From contig JAJDUR010000078.1 of NCBI GenBank assembly GCA_022826585.1, forward strand, positions 16,583 through 80,582: a stretch of DNA of 64,000 bases, read 5' to 3'. Position numbers and translations under genes: made by a program. Shown here one piece after another: positions 1 through 8,144 of this stretch (position 1 is its first letter; every line of letters starts with the position of its first letter). The notes under the pieces were generated by a model. It was not told where the DNA came from. It was given only the letters and a program-made list of their open reading frames with translations, and did not search any database. The stretch is from Dehalococcoidia bacterium (GTDB taxonomy: Bacteria; Chloroflexota; Dehalococcoidia; Tepidiformales; Tepidiformaceae).

Positions 1-630
1 GACTTCGAGGGGGTCGTGGTGGAGGCGGGCCTGACCGACGCGGTCATCGCCGAGTTCGGCGTTGGCGGCCCCGACGCCGGCGCCGATGGTTCCGAGGTGG
101 CGCTGGCTTCCGCGATCGCGCAGTTCGAGGCTCCCCGAGAAGAGGTGGAGTCGCGGGTGCGGGAGCTGGCCCGGGTGCGTCCCGGGTTCGAGGAGCTCCT
201 CGGGTGGGCACAGTGGCACGGGTGGCTTCCGATCGTGGTCAGCACGGCCCCCGACGTGTGCGTCGAGACGGTGCTGGAGGATGCGGCGTTCAACCGCGTG
301 ACGCGGCACTGCGGGCGTACCCGGCAGGTGTACCGCTGGCGCCTCACCTATGCCAGCCCGCGGGGGGTGGAGCTGGAGGAGGGCTTCCTGCTCTCGTACG
401 CGGCGGCGCTGCGCGATGCCGGCGACCTGGTGGTCTACGTCGGGGAGCGGGCGGGCGGCGAGGAGGCGGCGCGCCTTGCCTACGCGACCTGCACGGGCGC
501 TCCGCTGCGGGACGCACTGGGGGCGGGGGAGCGAGCGTACGGATTCGAGACGCCGGGGGACGTTAGGGCGCTGCTGGAACGCGAGGGGGAGGCGTGGCGG
601 GCGTCCTTCGCGACAGGGAAAGGCCAGTAG
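1..630 (+). CDS. HAD-superfamily-like hydrolase, probably 5'-truncated by the window edge
   Basis: The frame is open from nt 1 (DFEGVVVEAG...), which resembles HAD motif I DxDx[TV]. The listed ORF 16..630 starts at an internal GTG. No other strong motifs seen. Confidence 0.35.
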   Translation, partial: DFEGVVVEAGLTDAVIAEFGVGGPDAGADGSEVALASAIAQFEAPREEVESRVRELARVRPGFEELLGWAQWHGWLPIVVSTAPDVCVETVLEDAAFNRVTRHCGRTRQVYRWRLTYASPRGVELEEGFLLSYAAALRDAGDLVVYVGERAGGEEAARLAYATCTGAPLRDALGAGERAYGFETPGDVRALLEREGEAWRASFATGKGQ

Positions 631-643
631 CCCCCCCCCCGGC

Positions 644-1219
644 CTAGAGGTCGCAGGACATGATCACGAGGTCACGCTCGTTGCCCTCGCGGTCTATCAC
701 CCAGCCTTCGAGCGTCGCCTGGTAGCGGAAGCCGAGGCGCTCGAAGACAACGCGCGCACCTTCCTGGTCGACCGTCATCTGCGCGCTGAGCTTGGTCACG
801 CCGAGGGCGGGGGCGACCTGGCGAATCTCCGCGGCGAGCAGCCCCCCCATCCCGGTTCCGCGGAAGTCGGCGTGGACGTTGATGCGGATCTCGCCGATAT
901 GGCGGGTCCAGCGGGCAGGGCGGGTCCAGCGGGCGGGCTCGGTATGCAGGCTGCAATAGCCGACAATCTTGTCCTCGGCGCGGGCAATGATGGTGAACGT
1001 GTCCCCGGTGGTGATCTCGGCCAACCAGGCGTCGACCGTGGCCGGAGACGTGATGTCCTCCCTCAGGAAAAGCAGGACCTCTTCATCGAGGCTGCGCGTG
1101 AACTCGAGCATGTCTTCGCGGTCGTCGGCGGTGAATGCGACGAAGACCGCGGGCGTGCCGTCACGCAACTCGGCTTCCTTGGGGTACCGGCCGGACAGGT
1201 TGTGGAGTGAGGAAGTCAT
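644..1219 (-). CDS. GNAT-family N-acetyltransferase (paralog 1)
   Basis: 191 aa counted from ATG 1219 (MTSSLHNL...). Has an acetyl-CoA motif-A-like FRGTGMGGLL. About 60% identical to the neighbouring ORF 1291..1848. The 304-aa ORF-track extension is Arg/Pro-rich and overlaps the neighbour, so I reject it. Confidence 0.75.
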   Translation of the reverse strand: MTSSLHNLSGRYPKEAELRDGTPAVFVAFTADDREDMLEFTRSLDEEVLLFLREDITSPATVDAWLAEITTGDTFTIIARAEDKIVGYCSLHTEPARWTRPARWTRHIGEIRINVHADFRGTGMGGLLAAEIRQVAPALGVTKLSAQMTVDQEGARVVFERLGFRYQATLEGWVIDREGNERDLVIMSCDL

Positions 1220-1290
1220 GGCTGCACAAGTATAGATAGCGAGGACGGCAAGCGGAGCCGACTCCACCGCCGGGCGGACGAGACTTCCAT

Positions 1291-1848
1291 CTAGATTTCG
1301 CGGGCCATGATGAGCAGGTCGAGGTCGCGGCCCTCGCGATCCATGACCCATCCGGGGAGGATGGCCTGGTAGCGGAAGCCAAGCCGCTCGAACACGGTCC
1401 TGGCCGTGAGCTGGTCGACGGGCATCTGGGCGCTCAGGGTGCGGACGTTGAAGGCGGGGGCGACGGCGCGAATCTCGCCGGCCAGCAGGCCGCCGAGTCC
1501 CGTTCCCCGGTAGTCGGGATGCACGTTGAGGCGGATCTCGCCGACGTGACGGGTCCATCGGGCGGGTTCGGTGTGCAGGCTCCCGTAGCCGACGATGCGG
1601 TCGCCTACTTCGGCGATGACGGTGAACGTCTCGCCCTTCTCGACATCCGTCAGCCAGTCATCGACGACTTCGGGCGAGGTGATGTCTTCACGCAGGAAGA
1701 GGAGGTCTTCCTCCTCGAGCGCCCGGGCGAAACCGATGAGGTGGTCCCGGTCGGGGGAGAGGACAGGGCGGAAGACCACGGCGGTGCCATCGCGCAACAG
1801 GTCGTTGGTGGGATAGCGGAACGCGAGATCTTCACGTGTAAGCGTCAT
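1291..1848 (-). CDS. GNAT-family N-acetyltransferase (paralog 2)
   Basis: 185 aa with YRGTGLGGLL motif A. Tandem paralog of 644..1219. Confidence 0.8.
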   Translation of the reverse strand: MTLTREDLAFRYPTNDLLRDGTAVVFRPVLSPDRDHLIGFARALEEEDLLFLREDITSPEVVDDWLTDVEKGETFTVIAEVGDRIVGYGSLHTEPARWTRHVGEIRLNVHPDYRGTGLGGLLAGEIRAVAPAFNVRTLSAQMPVDQLTARTVFERLGFRYQAILPGWVMDREGRDLDLLIMAREI

Positions 1849-1860
1849 AGCGGGAGCATT

Positions 1861-2079
1861 CTAGCCAGTCCCCCCTCCTTCACAAGCAGGGTCGCTTACC
1901 CGTGGAGCAAAGGCGTGGCAGGAGGTGCGGGGCAGGGCAGGGTACTTGCGCAGGGACGGGTCTTCTGCGGCCCGTTCGCAGAGCCAGAAGCTGGAACCGC
2001 GGCCACTGTGGACGACGCGAGCATGCGCGCAGAGGCTGCAGAGGCCGACGGCGGGGTCGAGGGAGGGGGATTCGGTCAC
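1861..2079 (-). CDS. small Cys-rich protein (4 Cys, possible Zn-binding), function unknown
   Basis: 72 aa. The GTG start overlaps the pheT TGA (GTGA). Motif CSLCxHARVVHSGRGSSFWLC...YPxLPxxxC resembles a small conserved family I recall only from memory. Confidence 0.45.
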   Translation of the reverse strand: MTESPSLDPAVGLCSLCAHARVVHSGRGSSFWLCERAAEDPSLRKYPALPRTSCHAFAPRVSDPACEGGGTG

Positions 2080-4490
2080 GTGCGCAGGGTCGCGCCTAGA
2101 TCCTGCTCGAGCCGGCGGAGGAGCCCCTGCTCGATGCGAACTACGTCCTTCTCGCCGAGGGTGCGGTCGTCGGCGCGGAACCGGACGGCGACGGCGAGCG
2201 ACTTCTGGCCCGCGGGAACGCCCTCGCCCCGGTACTCGTCGAAGATATCGGCGCTGATGCGGACGCCACGGGCGCGATGGGTCCGCATCAGCTCGAGGAC
2301 GGCTGACGCGGGGGTGTCGGCCGGGACGAGCAGGGCGAGGTCGCGGCGCGCTTCGGGGTAGCGGCTGGGCGGCGCGTAGTCAGGCCGCTCGGGGAGGACG
2401 CGGGTCAGGGGCTCGAACCAGAGCTCGAAGAGGAATACCGGCTCCTCGATGTCGAAGGTGGCGGCCACGTCGGGGTGGACCTGGGCGACGACGCCAACGC
2501 TCTCGCCCGCGATGGAGACGGCGGCGGTGTGTCCGGAGAGCAACGCGTATTCCTCCACGGGGGTGAACGCCGCCGCCACGCCGAGGTCGCCGAGGAGGTC
2601 CTCCACCGCGCCCTTTGCATCAAAGAAGTCGAGGCGTTCGGGACCGGGGCGCTCCCAGCGCTCGAGGCGCTGGCCGCCGAGGACGGCGCAAAGGACGGGT
2701 CGCTCGTGGGGGAGGTCGGCCTCGGTGGGGAGGTACTCGACGCCGACCTCGAAGAAGCGCATGGCGGCGTCCTCGTGGTGGCGGTTGCCGGCGTAGGCCG
2801 CGAGCAGCGAGCCCCGCAGCGAGGTTCGCAGGTAGGTGTGCTGCGAGGCCACGGGGTTGGTGGCGGCGAGGGGACTGGCGCGATCCTCGTCGTCGGGGGA
2901 AACGACGCGGGCGAGCGTCTCGCCGGAGGTGAGGGTGTAGCTCACGACCTCCTGGAAGCCGAGCCCGGCGGCGAGCGCGCGGGATCGCTCGCGGACTCGC
3001 TCGAGGGGCCGGGGCTGGGCCTCGGGGAGAGCGCCGCGGAGGACGGTGGTCGGCAGCTTCTCGTAGCCGTACACGCGGATCAGCTCCTCAATGAGGTCGT
3101 CGGGAAGGGCGACATCGGGGCGCCAGAAGGGGGGCGTGACCTCGAAGGCGTCACCGCTCTCGGTGGCCTCGAAGCCGAGGGCCGCGAGGATGCGGCGCAC
3201 GTCGGCGGCCTCGATGGGGATGCCGAGTACCTGCTCGATGCGGGCCGCGGGGAGGGTGATGGTGGGGCTGGCGAGCGGGGTGGGATAGGCGTCGACGAGA
3301 CCGGCAGCGGGACGACCGTTCGCAACCCGCTCGAGCAGGTGGAGGGCGCGGGCCTGGGCGTAGGAGGCGAGGTCGGGGCCGATGCCCTTTTCGAACCGGA
3401 GTGAGGCCTCACTGCGCAGCCGAAGCCGGGTCGAGGTGCGGCGGATGGATCCGGGATGGAAGTTCGCGACCTCGAGGAGGACCGTCTTGGTCGACTCGGA
3501 GACCTCGCTGTTGCCGCCACCCATGATGCCCGCGACGGCCACCGGCCCCTCGCCGTCACAGATCATGAGCATGTCGGGGTCGAGGTCGCGCTCGATCTCG
3601 TCGAGCGTGGTGAGGGTCTCTCCGGCTCGGGCGCGACGGGGGCGGATCTCGGCGCCGCGGACGAGGTCGTAGTCGAAGGCGTGGAGGGGCTGGCCCGTCT
3701 CCAGCATCACGTAGTTGGTGACATCGACAACGTTGTTGATTGGACGCATGCCGGCGCGGATGAGCCGCTGCTGCATCCAGGGCGGAGAGGGCCCCAACTC
3801 GATACCCTCGATGATGCTGGCGGTGAAGCGCCGGCAGAGGTCCGGCGCCTCGATAGCGACGGAGACGAAGTCAGAAGCCTCCCGCTCCGACTGGGCGTAC
3901 GAGCGATCGGGTTCGCGCAGCGGCCGACCGGTGATGGCCGCCACCTCGCGGGCGAACCCAAGGATGCCAAGGAGGTCGGCGCGGTTGGCCCAGGTCGAGA
4001 CATCGAAGACCACGTCCCCGATGGCGTCCACGAGGGGAGAGCCGATAGCGGAGTCCTCCGGGAGCACGAGGATGCCCTCATGGTCGTCGCTGAGGCCGAG
4101 CTCCTTCTCGCTGAGGACCATGCCGGCGGAGTCCACGCCGCGGATGGCGCGCAGCTTCAGCTTCGAGAGCTTTCCGGAGTGGCCGTCGACGAGCATCGCG
4201 CCTTCCGTCGCGAAGGCGACTCTCTGGCCGGCAGCCACGTTCGGGGCTCCGCACACGACGGTCTTCGGCCCCTCGCCCACGTTGACCGTCGCGAGCACGA
4301 GCCTGTCGGCGTTGGGGTGGGGGTCGACGGCGAGCACTTCGGCGACGCGCACGAGCTCGGGATCCCACTGCTCGCCGATCACCTCCCAGCCCTCGACCTC
4401 GGCGATGGCATCCGTGACGCGCTTCGCGAACTCCTCAGGCGGGAGATCGATGTCGACGTAGTCGCGCAGCCAGGAAAGCGGGAGTTTCAT
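2076..4490 (-). CDS. pheT: phenylalanine--tRNA ligase beta subunit
   Basis: 804 aa. Has an N-terminal tRNA-binding domain, B3/4 and B5 regions, and a C-terminal FDX-ACB-like end (DIFDEYRGEGVPAGQKSLAVAVRFR). Lies downstream of pheS. Confidence 0.97.
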   Translation of the reverse strand: MKLPLSWLRDYVDIDLPPEEFAKRVTDAIAEVEGWEVIGEQWDPELVRVAEVLAVDPHPNADRLVLATVNVGEGPKTVVCGAPNVAAGQRVAFATEGAMLVDGHSGKLSKLKLRAIRGVDSAGMVLSEKELGLSDDHEGILVLPEDSAIGSPLVDAIGDVVFDVSTWANRADLLGILGFAREVAAITGRPLREPDRSYAQSEREASDFVSVAIEAPDLCRRFTASIIEGIELGPSPPWMQQRLIRAGMRPINNVVDVTNYVMLETGQPLHAFDYDLVRGAEIRPRRARAGETLTTLDEIERDLDPDMLMICDGEGPVAVAGIMGGGNSEVSESTKTVLLEVANFHPGSIRRTSTRLRLRSEASLRFEKGIGPDLASYAQARALHLLERVANGRPAAGLVDAYPTPLASPTITLPAARIEQVLGIPIEAADVRRILAALGFEATESGDAFEVTPPFWRPDVALPDDLIEELIRVYGYEKLPTTVLRGALPEAQPRPLERVRERSRALAAGLGFQEVVSYTLTSGETLARVVSPDDEDRASPLAATNPVASQHTYLRTSLRGSLLAAYAGNRHHEDAAMRFFEVGVEYLPTEADLPHERPVLCAVLGGQRLERWERPGPERLDFFDAKGAVEDLLGDLGVAAAFTPVEEYALLSGHTAAVSIAGESVGVVAQVHPDVAATFDIEEPVFLFELWFEPLTRVLPERPDYAPPSRYPEARRDLALLVPADTPASAVLELMRTHRARGVRISADIFDEYRGEGVPAGQKSLAVAVRFRADDRTLGEKDVVRIEQGLLRRLEQDLGATLRT

Positions 4491-4903
4491 GGTGTTGGGC
4501 TCTTGGCTGTTGGCTGTTGGCTGTTGGGGGTTCGCCTTCGAGCCGAGGGGGCAGGATTCGAGAAGTGTTGAATGAAACGTTGGAGCATGCGCTTGGTCGA
4601 GGCGACCCGGTCCGTTAGATCGGTTTGCGCCTCAGCACCGATGTAGCCGAGTTCTCGGGCGAGGATGAGGTGGTACTCCAGCTCAGTGGCGGAGCCCAGG
4701 GCAATGCGGAGGTGGTGCCGGAATTGTTCGTCGGTGAGAGCGGACCCTTCCGCGATATTGGCAGGCACCGAAGAGGCAGCTCTCCTCCCTTGCGACTGGA
4801 GTCCGAACCGCTCATCCGCGGGGAAGCCCTTGCTGGCTCGATACACGGCCAGCGTCAGCTGATGCGAGACTCGCCACACCTCCAGTTCCTGGAAGGGCCT
4901 CAT
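4487..4903 (-). CDS. four-helix-bundle protein (TIGR02436/PF05635 family: 23S rRNA IVS protein / Avd-like)
   Basis: 138 aa. Family hallmarks are FQELEVW, FPADERFGLQSQGRRAASSVPANIAEG and GSATELEYHLILARELGYI. AGGAG lies 8 nt upstream of the ATG. The stop overlaps the pheT start (ATGA). G+C is lower than in the flanks. Confidence 0.85.
   Translation of the reverse strand: MRPFQELEVWRVSHQLTLAVYRASKGFPADERFGLQSQGRRAASSVPANIAEGSALTDEQFRHHLRIALGSATELEYHLILARELGYIGAEAQTDLTDRVASTKRMLQRFIQHFSNPAPSARRRTPNSQQPTAKSPTP
4503..4527. repeat. left arm of an inverted repeat built from tandem heptamers (TTGGCTG x3 + TTGG)
   Basis: The reverse complement matches 4930..4954 at 24/25 positions. Lies inside the 3' tail of the four-helix-bundle ORF, 13 nt from the pheT ATG. 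Confidence 0.85.
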
Positions 4904-4929
4904 CGCAGCGCTCCTGCCGCGTCAACAAG

Positions 4930-4954
4930 CCAACAGCCAATAGCCAACAGCCAA
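4930..4954. repeat. right arm of the inverted repeat (CCAACAGCCAATAGCCAACAGCCAA)
   Basis: Pairs with 4503..4527. The similarity extends about 6 nt further with mismatches. Ends 8 nt before the pheS stop codon. Confidence 0.85.
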
Positions 4955-4962
4955 TAGCCTCT

Positions 4963-6024
4963 CTAGAACTGCCTCAGGAAGCGGAGGTCGTTCTGGTAGA
5001 AGTGGCGGATGTCCTCGATGCCCCAGCGGAGCATGGCCACGCGCTCGATGCCGACGCCGAAGGCGAAGCCCGTGTACTTCGAGGAGTCGTAGCCGGCGTT
5101 CTCGATGATCTCGGGGTGGACCATGCCGGCGCCGAGGATCTCGATCCAGCCGGTGTCGTGGCAGGTGCGGCAGTCGCTCCCGTCGGCGCGGCAGAGGAAG
5201 CAGTCGATGGCCATCTCGACGCCGGGCTCGACGAAGGGGAAGTAGCTGTGGTGGAAGATGATCTCGCGGTCCTCGCCGAAGAGGCGGCGGGCGAAGGCAT
5301 AGAGCGTGCCTTTCAGGTCGCTCATGCGGACGCCCTCGTCGACGGCGAGACCCTCAATCTGGGTCAGCATCCATTCGTGGGTGGCGTCGGTCGCCTCCTG
5401 CCGGTAGCACTTTCCGGGGACGATGACGCGCACGGGCGGTTCGGTGTGCTCCATCACGCGAATCTGGTTCGGGGACGTATGCGTGCGCAGCAGCATCTTG
5501 CGCTCGCCGTCGATGAGGGTATCGATCCAGATGGTGTCCCACATGTCGCGGGCGGGGTGGTCGTCGGGGATGCGGACGGCGTCGAAGTTGTAGCGCGACC
5601 ACTCGACCTCGGGCCCCTCGAAGACGCGGAATCCCATCTCCGCGAAGGCGTCGATGCAGTCGTTCATCGTCTGGGTGACGGGGTGGAGGCGGCCCAGGGA
5701 CTGGGGCCGTCCGGGGAGGGTGACGTCGAGGGCGGCGTCGGCGGAGAGGGTTGCGAGGGCGTCGGCGCGGGCGGCCTCGCGGCGCGCCTCGAGCTCCCCC
5801 TCGAGTGTCGACTTGAGCGCGTTCAGCGACTTCCCGAGGGAGGCGCGCTGGTCGGGTGGGGCGTCCTTCAGGGAGCGCAGGCGAAGGGTCAGGCGGCCGT
5901 CCTTGCGTCCCAGCCAGTCGGCGCGCCAGGCCTCACGCGCGGGCTCGTCGTCCGCCTGCGCGAGCGCTTCCAGCGCCTCCGCACGGAGCGCGTCAACCTC
6001 CGCTTCGATCGTGGACATGGGCAC
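4963..6024 (-). CDS. pheS: phenylalanine--tRNA ligase alpha subunit
   Basis: 353 aa with class-II aaRS motifs (FPFVEPGVEM, GFAFGVGIERVAMLRWGI). The start is GTG 6024 or ATG 6018. Confidence 0.97.
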   Translation of the reverse strand: MPMSTIEAEVDALRAEALEALAQADDEPAREAWRADWLGRKDGRLTLRLRSLKDAPPDQRASLGKSLNALKSTLEGELEARREAARADALATLSADAALDVTLPGRPQSLGRLHPVTQTMNDCIDAFAEMGFRVFEGPEVEWSRYNFDAVRIPDDHPARDMWDTIWIDTLIDGERKMLLRTHTSPNQIRVMEHTEPPVRVIVPGKCYRQEATDATHEWMLTQIEGLAVDEGVRMSDLKGTLYAFARRLFGEDREIIFHHSYFPFVEPGVEMAIDCFLCRADGSDCRTCHDTGWIEILGAGMVHPEIIENAGYDSSKYTGFAFGVGIERVAMLRWGIEDIRHFYQNDLRFLRQF

Positions 6025-6029
6025 AGAGA

Positions 6030-6035
6030 ATTATA
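6030..6035 (-). promoter_or_regulatory. candidate -10 box TATAAT placed for a leaderless or near-leaderless pheS mRNA
   Basis: A perfect TATAAT on the minus strand lies 5 nt upstream of GTG 6024 and 11 nt upstream of ATG 6018. No Shine-Dalgarno and no convincing -35 box. Confidence 0.3.
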
Positions 6036-6233
6036 GGTAGGGCTGGGTGACAGGCGAGCGGAGGGCGCAGGGCTGTTGAAAGGGCAAGGCCAGGTGAAGG
6101 GCCGGGGGCGTCTTTACCTTGGCCGTCTGGTGCTCCCGGAGAGCCACCCTAGACTGCGAATTGAAGGGGAACCGATGTCGATTCCAGCCTGGTCTCGCGG
6201 ATTCCCGGCGGGCGGACGACAATAGGGACGGCG

Positions 6234-8096
6234 ATGGGGCACCAACTGCTACAGCAACTTCGCGCGTCGTGGCCGGGCGCACTCGCCGGACTGGTGGCGA
6301 TCGCGCTGGGCCTGGCAGTCGCCGAACTCGCGGCCCGCCTGGTCGACGGCGCCTCGCTGATCGTCGCGATCGGCAACATCGTGATCGACAACTCGCCCGA
6401 GCAGGTGACCAAGTGGGCGATCGACACCTTCGGCTCGAATGACAAGCCATTGCTCATCGCCGGCGTGACCGTCGTCACGCTGCTCGTGGGCACGGGCGCG
6501 GGCGTGCTCTCGACGCGTATTCGCATAGCCGGGCCCGTCGTGTTCGCGATCCTCGCGGTCGTGGGCGGGCTGGCGGCGGCGGACGACCCCCTGACCTCGG
6601 CCGGGGATGCGGCGATCACGGCCGCTGCCGCGGGGATCGTCGCAATGGCCACGCTCCTCTGGCTGCTCCTGACGGCGCCCGGAGCCGGCGGGGCGGCAGA
6701 CGACTCGTCCGAGGACGTCGCGTCGCCCGAGCGAAGGCGGTTCCTCTACGTGACCGGGGGCGGGCTGCTGGCGGCGGCCGTGGCCGTTCCCCTGGTGCGG
6801 CGGTTCATCGACACGGGCGTGGACGTGGACGCACAGCGAGCCTCCATCGCCGACCGGCTGCGCAGCTCCTCGCAGGCACAGCGGGCCACGCCGGTCGCGA
6901 CCGCCACGGCAACGGCCACACCCGAAGCCGCATCGACTCCCACGCCGACGGCTGCGGCGACCGGCACGCCCGTGGCCGCGACGGAGGAAGCAACAGCGGC
7001 GGCAACCGGATCTCCGACGGCGACGGAGGCGCCAACCTCCGGTGAGACGCCGACGGAGGCCGCGGGCGAGGCCACTCCCGAACCGACCCCGGAGGCAACA
7101 CCGGAGCCGACGCCCGAGCCCACCCCCGAACCGACCCCGGAGCCAACACCGGAACCGCGGGCGGGGCCGGAGACGGTGCGCGGCATCTCGCCGCTGATCA
7201 CGCCAAACAACCGCTTCTACAAGATCGATACGGAACTGGCAGTGCCCCGCATCGACAGCTCCAGTTGGAGCCTGCGGATCAAGGGGATGGTGGACCGCGA
7301 GCTGGAGTTCACGTTCGACGACCTCCTCGACATGAGCCTCCAGGAGGAATCGGTGACGTTGGCGTGCGTCTCGAACCGGGTCGGCGGGAACCTCGTGGGA
7401 AACGCCTACTGGCTCGGCGTGCCGCTCCCCACGTTGCTGCGCGAAGCGGGGCTGCAGGCGAACGCCACGCAGGTCGTGGGCCGCGCGCTCGGTGGGTTCA
7501 CGACCGGGTTCCCGACCGACGTCGCGCTCGACGGGCGCAAGTCGATGGTGGTCCTCGGGATGAACGGTGAGGCTGTTCCCGCACGCCACGGGTTCCCGGC
7601 GCGCCTGATCATCCCGGGACTGTACGGCTACGTTTCGGCGACGAAGTGGCTGGAGGAGATCGAGCTGGCGGAGTGGGACAGCTACGACGCCTACTGGGTA
7701 GGATCGCGAGGGTGGTCGAAGCAGGGGCCGATCAAGCTGCAGTCCCGCATCGACGTGCCCGACAATGACGACACGCTGCGGGCCGGGAACGTGCGCGTCG
7801 CGGGCGTCGCCTGGGGCGGCCTGCGGGGCGTGAGCGGCGTGCAGGTCCGGCCGAGGAGGCGCTCGGGCCAGGAACAGGCCGGAGACGGCGAGTGGCTGGA
7901 CGGCCTCCTCAGCGAGGAGCTTTCGGACAGCAGCTGGCGGCAGTGGGTGGTCGACTGGCCCGCCACCGAGGGCAGCTTCGACCTTGAAGTGCGCGCCATC
8001 GACCGGAGCGGCATGGTGCAAACGGACGAGGAGCGGCCGCCGAAGCCGGACGGGGCCACCGGCCACCACATCATCCGCGTGAACGTCAGGGCGTAG
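6234..8096 (+). CDS. membrane-anchored molybdopterin-dependent oxidoreductase (sulfite oxidase / MsrP-like family)
   Basis: 620 aa. The N-terminal ~170 aa are multi-TM, followed by a ~100-aa Thr/Pro/Ala/Glu linker. The Mo domain carries CVSNRVGG, ARHGFPARLIIPGLYGYVSATKWL and a C-terminal Ig-like dimerisation domain. Confidence 0.85.
   Translation: MGHQLLQQLRASWPGALAGLVAIALGLAVAELAARLVDGASLIVAIGNIVIDNSPEQVTKWAIDTFGSNDKPLLIAGVTVVTLLVGTGAGVLSTRIRIAGPVVFAILAVVGGLAAADDPLTSAGDAAITAAAAGIVAMATLLWLLLTAPGAGGAADDSSEDVASPERRRFLYVTGGGLLAAAVAVPLVRRFIDTGVDVDAQRASIADRLRSSSQAQRATPVATATATATPEAASTPTPTAAATGTPVAATEEATAAATGSPTATEAPTSGETPTEAAGEATPEPTPEATPEPTPEPTPEPTPEPTPEPRAGPETVRGISPLITPNNRFYKIDTELAVPRIDSSSWSLRIKGMVDRELEFTFDDLLDMSLQEESVTLACVSNRVGGNLVGNAYWLGVPLPTLLREAGLQANATQVVGRALGGFTTGFPTDVALDGRKSMVVLGMNGEAVPARHGFPARLIIPGLYGYVSATKWLEEIELAEWDSYDAYWVGSRGWSKQGPIKLQSRIDVPDNDDTLRAGNVRVAGVAWGGLRGVSGVQVRPRRRSGQEQAGDGEWLDGLLSEELSDSSWRQWVVDWPATEGSFDLEVRAIDRSGMVQTDEERPPKPDGATGHHIIRVNVRA
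7074..7157 (+). repeat. in-frame 12-nt tandem repeat x7 encoding (TPEP/TPEA)n
   Basis: Encodes ATPEPTPEATPEPTPEPTPEPTPEPTPEP within the linker of the Mo enzyme. Confidence 0.9.
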
Positions 8097-8144
8097 GGAG
8101 TCGCGTTCCTGCCGGGACGGCTCGCCGGGCGGAGGAGGCACGAG

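Noticed and set aside
6025-6233. Possible T-box or Moco riboswitch in the pheS / Mo-enzyme divergent intergenic region
   Set aside because: The minus strand contains GGGTGGCTCTCCGGGAG, which only superficially resembles the T-box core GGGTGGTACCGCG. I could build no specifier/antiterminator architecture, and I could verify no Moco-motif consensus by eye. An Rfam scan would settle it.
4503-7157. Short tandem repeats (heptamer arrays at 4503-4527 and 4930-4954; 12-nt TPEP repeat at 7074-7157) considered as CRISPR-like arrays
   Set aside because: The repeat units have no unique spacers between them, are far shorter than CRISPR repeats, and lie in coding sequence. No cas genes are present.
6249-8141. 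630-aa ORF antisense to the Mo-oxidoreductase gene
   Set aside because: The composition is Arg/Pro/Gly-rich with no motifs. It mirrors a strongly supported sense gene. This is the typical stop-codon-poor antisense frame of ~70% GC DNA.
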